Sequence record: CAXNAH020000227.1
DNA length: 32,000 nucleotides
Direction: 5' to 3' (one strand)
A model generated the notes under the pieces. The model saw only the letters and a program-made list of their open reading frames with translations, did no database searches and was not told the DNA's origin. Numbering within the stretch: position 1 is the stretch's first letter; each line of letters opens with the position of its first letter. Of the stretch, positions 31,607 to 32,000 are shown piece by piece. The position numbers and the translations under genes were made by a program.

Positions 31607-32000
31607 CTAATTCTTATGTATTATATTAATTGATGTAATACTACCTAAAAAATATAGTAAAAATAAAGCACTAGATAATAATAATTGCGTTATAGGATCT
31701 GCTGATGGCGTTAAAATTGCACCTAAAATTGTGCAAAGAAGTATCATAGGTCGCCAGCAGCTTAACATTTCTACAGGGTCAATTATTCTAGACACGCTTA
31801 GCATAATTTGAATAATTGGAACCTGGAAGACTAACCCAGCACTAACAAATAAAGTAGATACAAAGCTAAAATATTGAGTGAATGACCAAAGAGGTTCGAC
31901 AACATCTGAACCATAAATCAGAAAAAAATTTAGTGCTGCAGGAACCAATAAAAAATAAGAGAAGAATAACCCGAGAAAAAATAAAACAATACACCCAGTT
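31607..32000 (-). CDS. tatC: Sec-independent translocase TatC (ycf43), partial. The 5' end lies beyond the window.
   Basis: The ORF-track start at 31948 is an internal TTG. The frame stays open to position 32000 (...TGCIVLFFLGLFFSYFLLVPAALNFF...). Multi-TM TatC-like C-terminal half (LTPSADPITQ). It lies upstream of petA on the same strand. Confidence 0.9.
   Translation of the reverse strand, partial: TGCIVLFFLGLFFSYFLLVPAALNFFLIYGSDVVEPLWSFTQYFSFVSTLFVSAGLVFQVPIIQIMLSVSRIIDPVEMLSCWRPMILLCTILGAILTPSADPITQLLLSSALFLLYFLGSITSINIIHKN

Overview
This window looks like a gene-dense, visibly AT-rich plastid genome segment from the red lineage. It could be a rhodophyte or a red-alga-derived secondary plastid, and the gene content looks cryptophyte-like. 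I cannot name the species from sequence alone. The genes are intron-less and bacterial-type. Plus strand: psaD-trnS(UGA)-rps20-rpoB-rpoC1-rpoC2-rps2-tsf-atpI-atpH-atpG-atpF-atpD-atpA, then trnF(GAA)-petB-petD. chlI and psaM follow on the minus strand. The plus strand continues with ycf37-psaA-psaB-rps14-chlL-chlN-psaF-psaJ and one unassigned ORF of 543-556 codons. petA and tatC lie on the minus strand, and the tatC 5' end runs past the window edge. Plastid-encoded psaD, psaF, tsf, atpD, atpG, chlI, tatC and ycf37 argue against a green plastid. psaM and psaJ are too short for the supplied ORF track and were found by hand translation. In total there are 30 protein genes (29 assignable by eye) and 2 tRNAs. 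I found no rRNA, CRISPR array, transposase, integrase or phage-like gene, and no evidence of a novel multi-gene system such as defence or secondary metabolism. This is mostly ordinary, conserved plastid core. Six things deserve a second look. (1) The unassigned ORF at 28840-30471 has faint Tic22-like motifs. (2) A perfect 122-nt palindrome at 28687-28808 overlaps the psaJ stop codon. (3) A 104-nt palindrome at 16466-16569 has a left arm made partly of the last 21 nt of atpA. (4) A 72-nt imperfect palindrome abuts the petA stop. (5) A 7-codon in-frame uORF, MSPERKR-stop, abuts the psaA ATG and resembles the canonical PsaA N-terminus. (6) rpoB carries a Lys-rich insertion built on A8-A10 runs. 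All coordinates were counted by hand. All family assignments rest on recognised motifs, not on searches.
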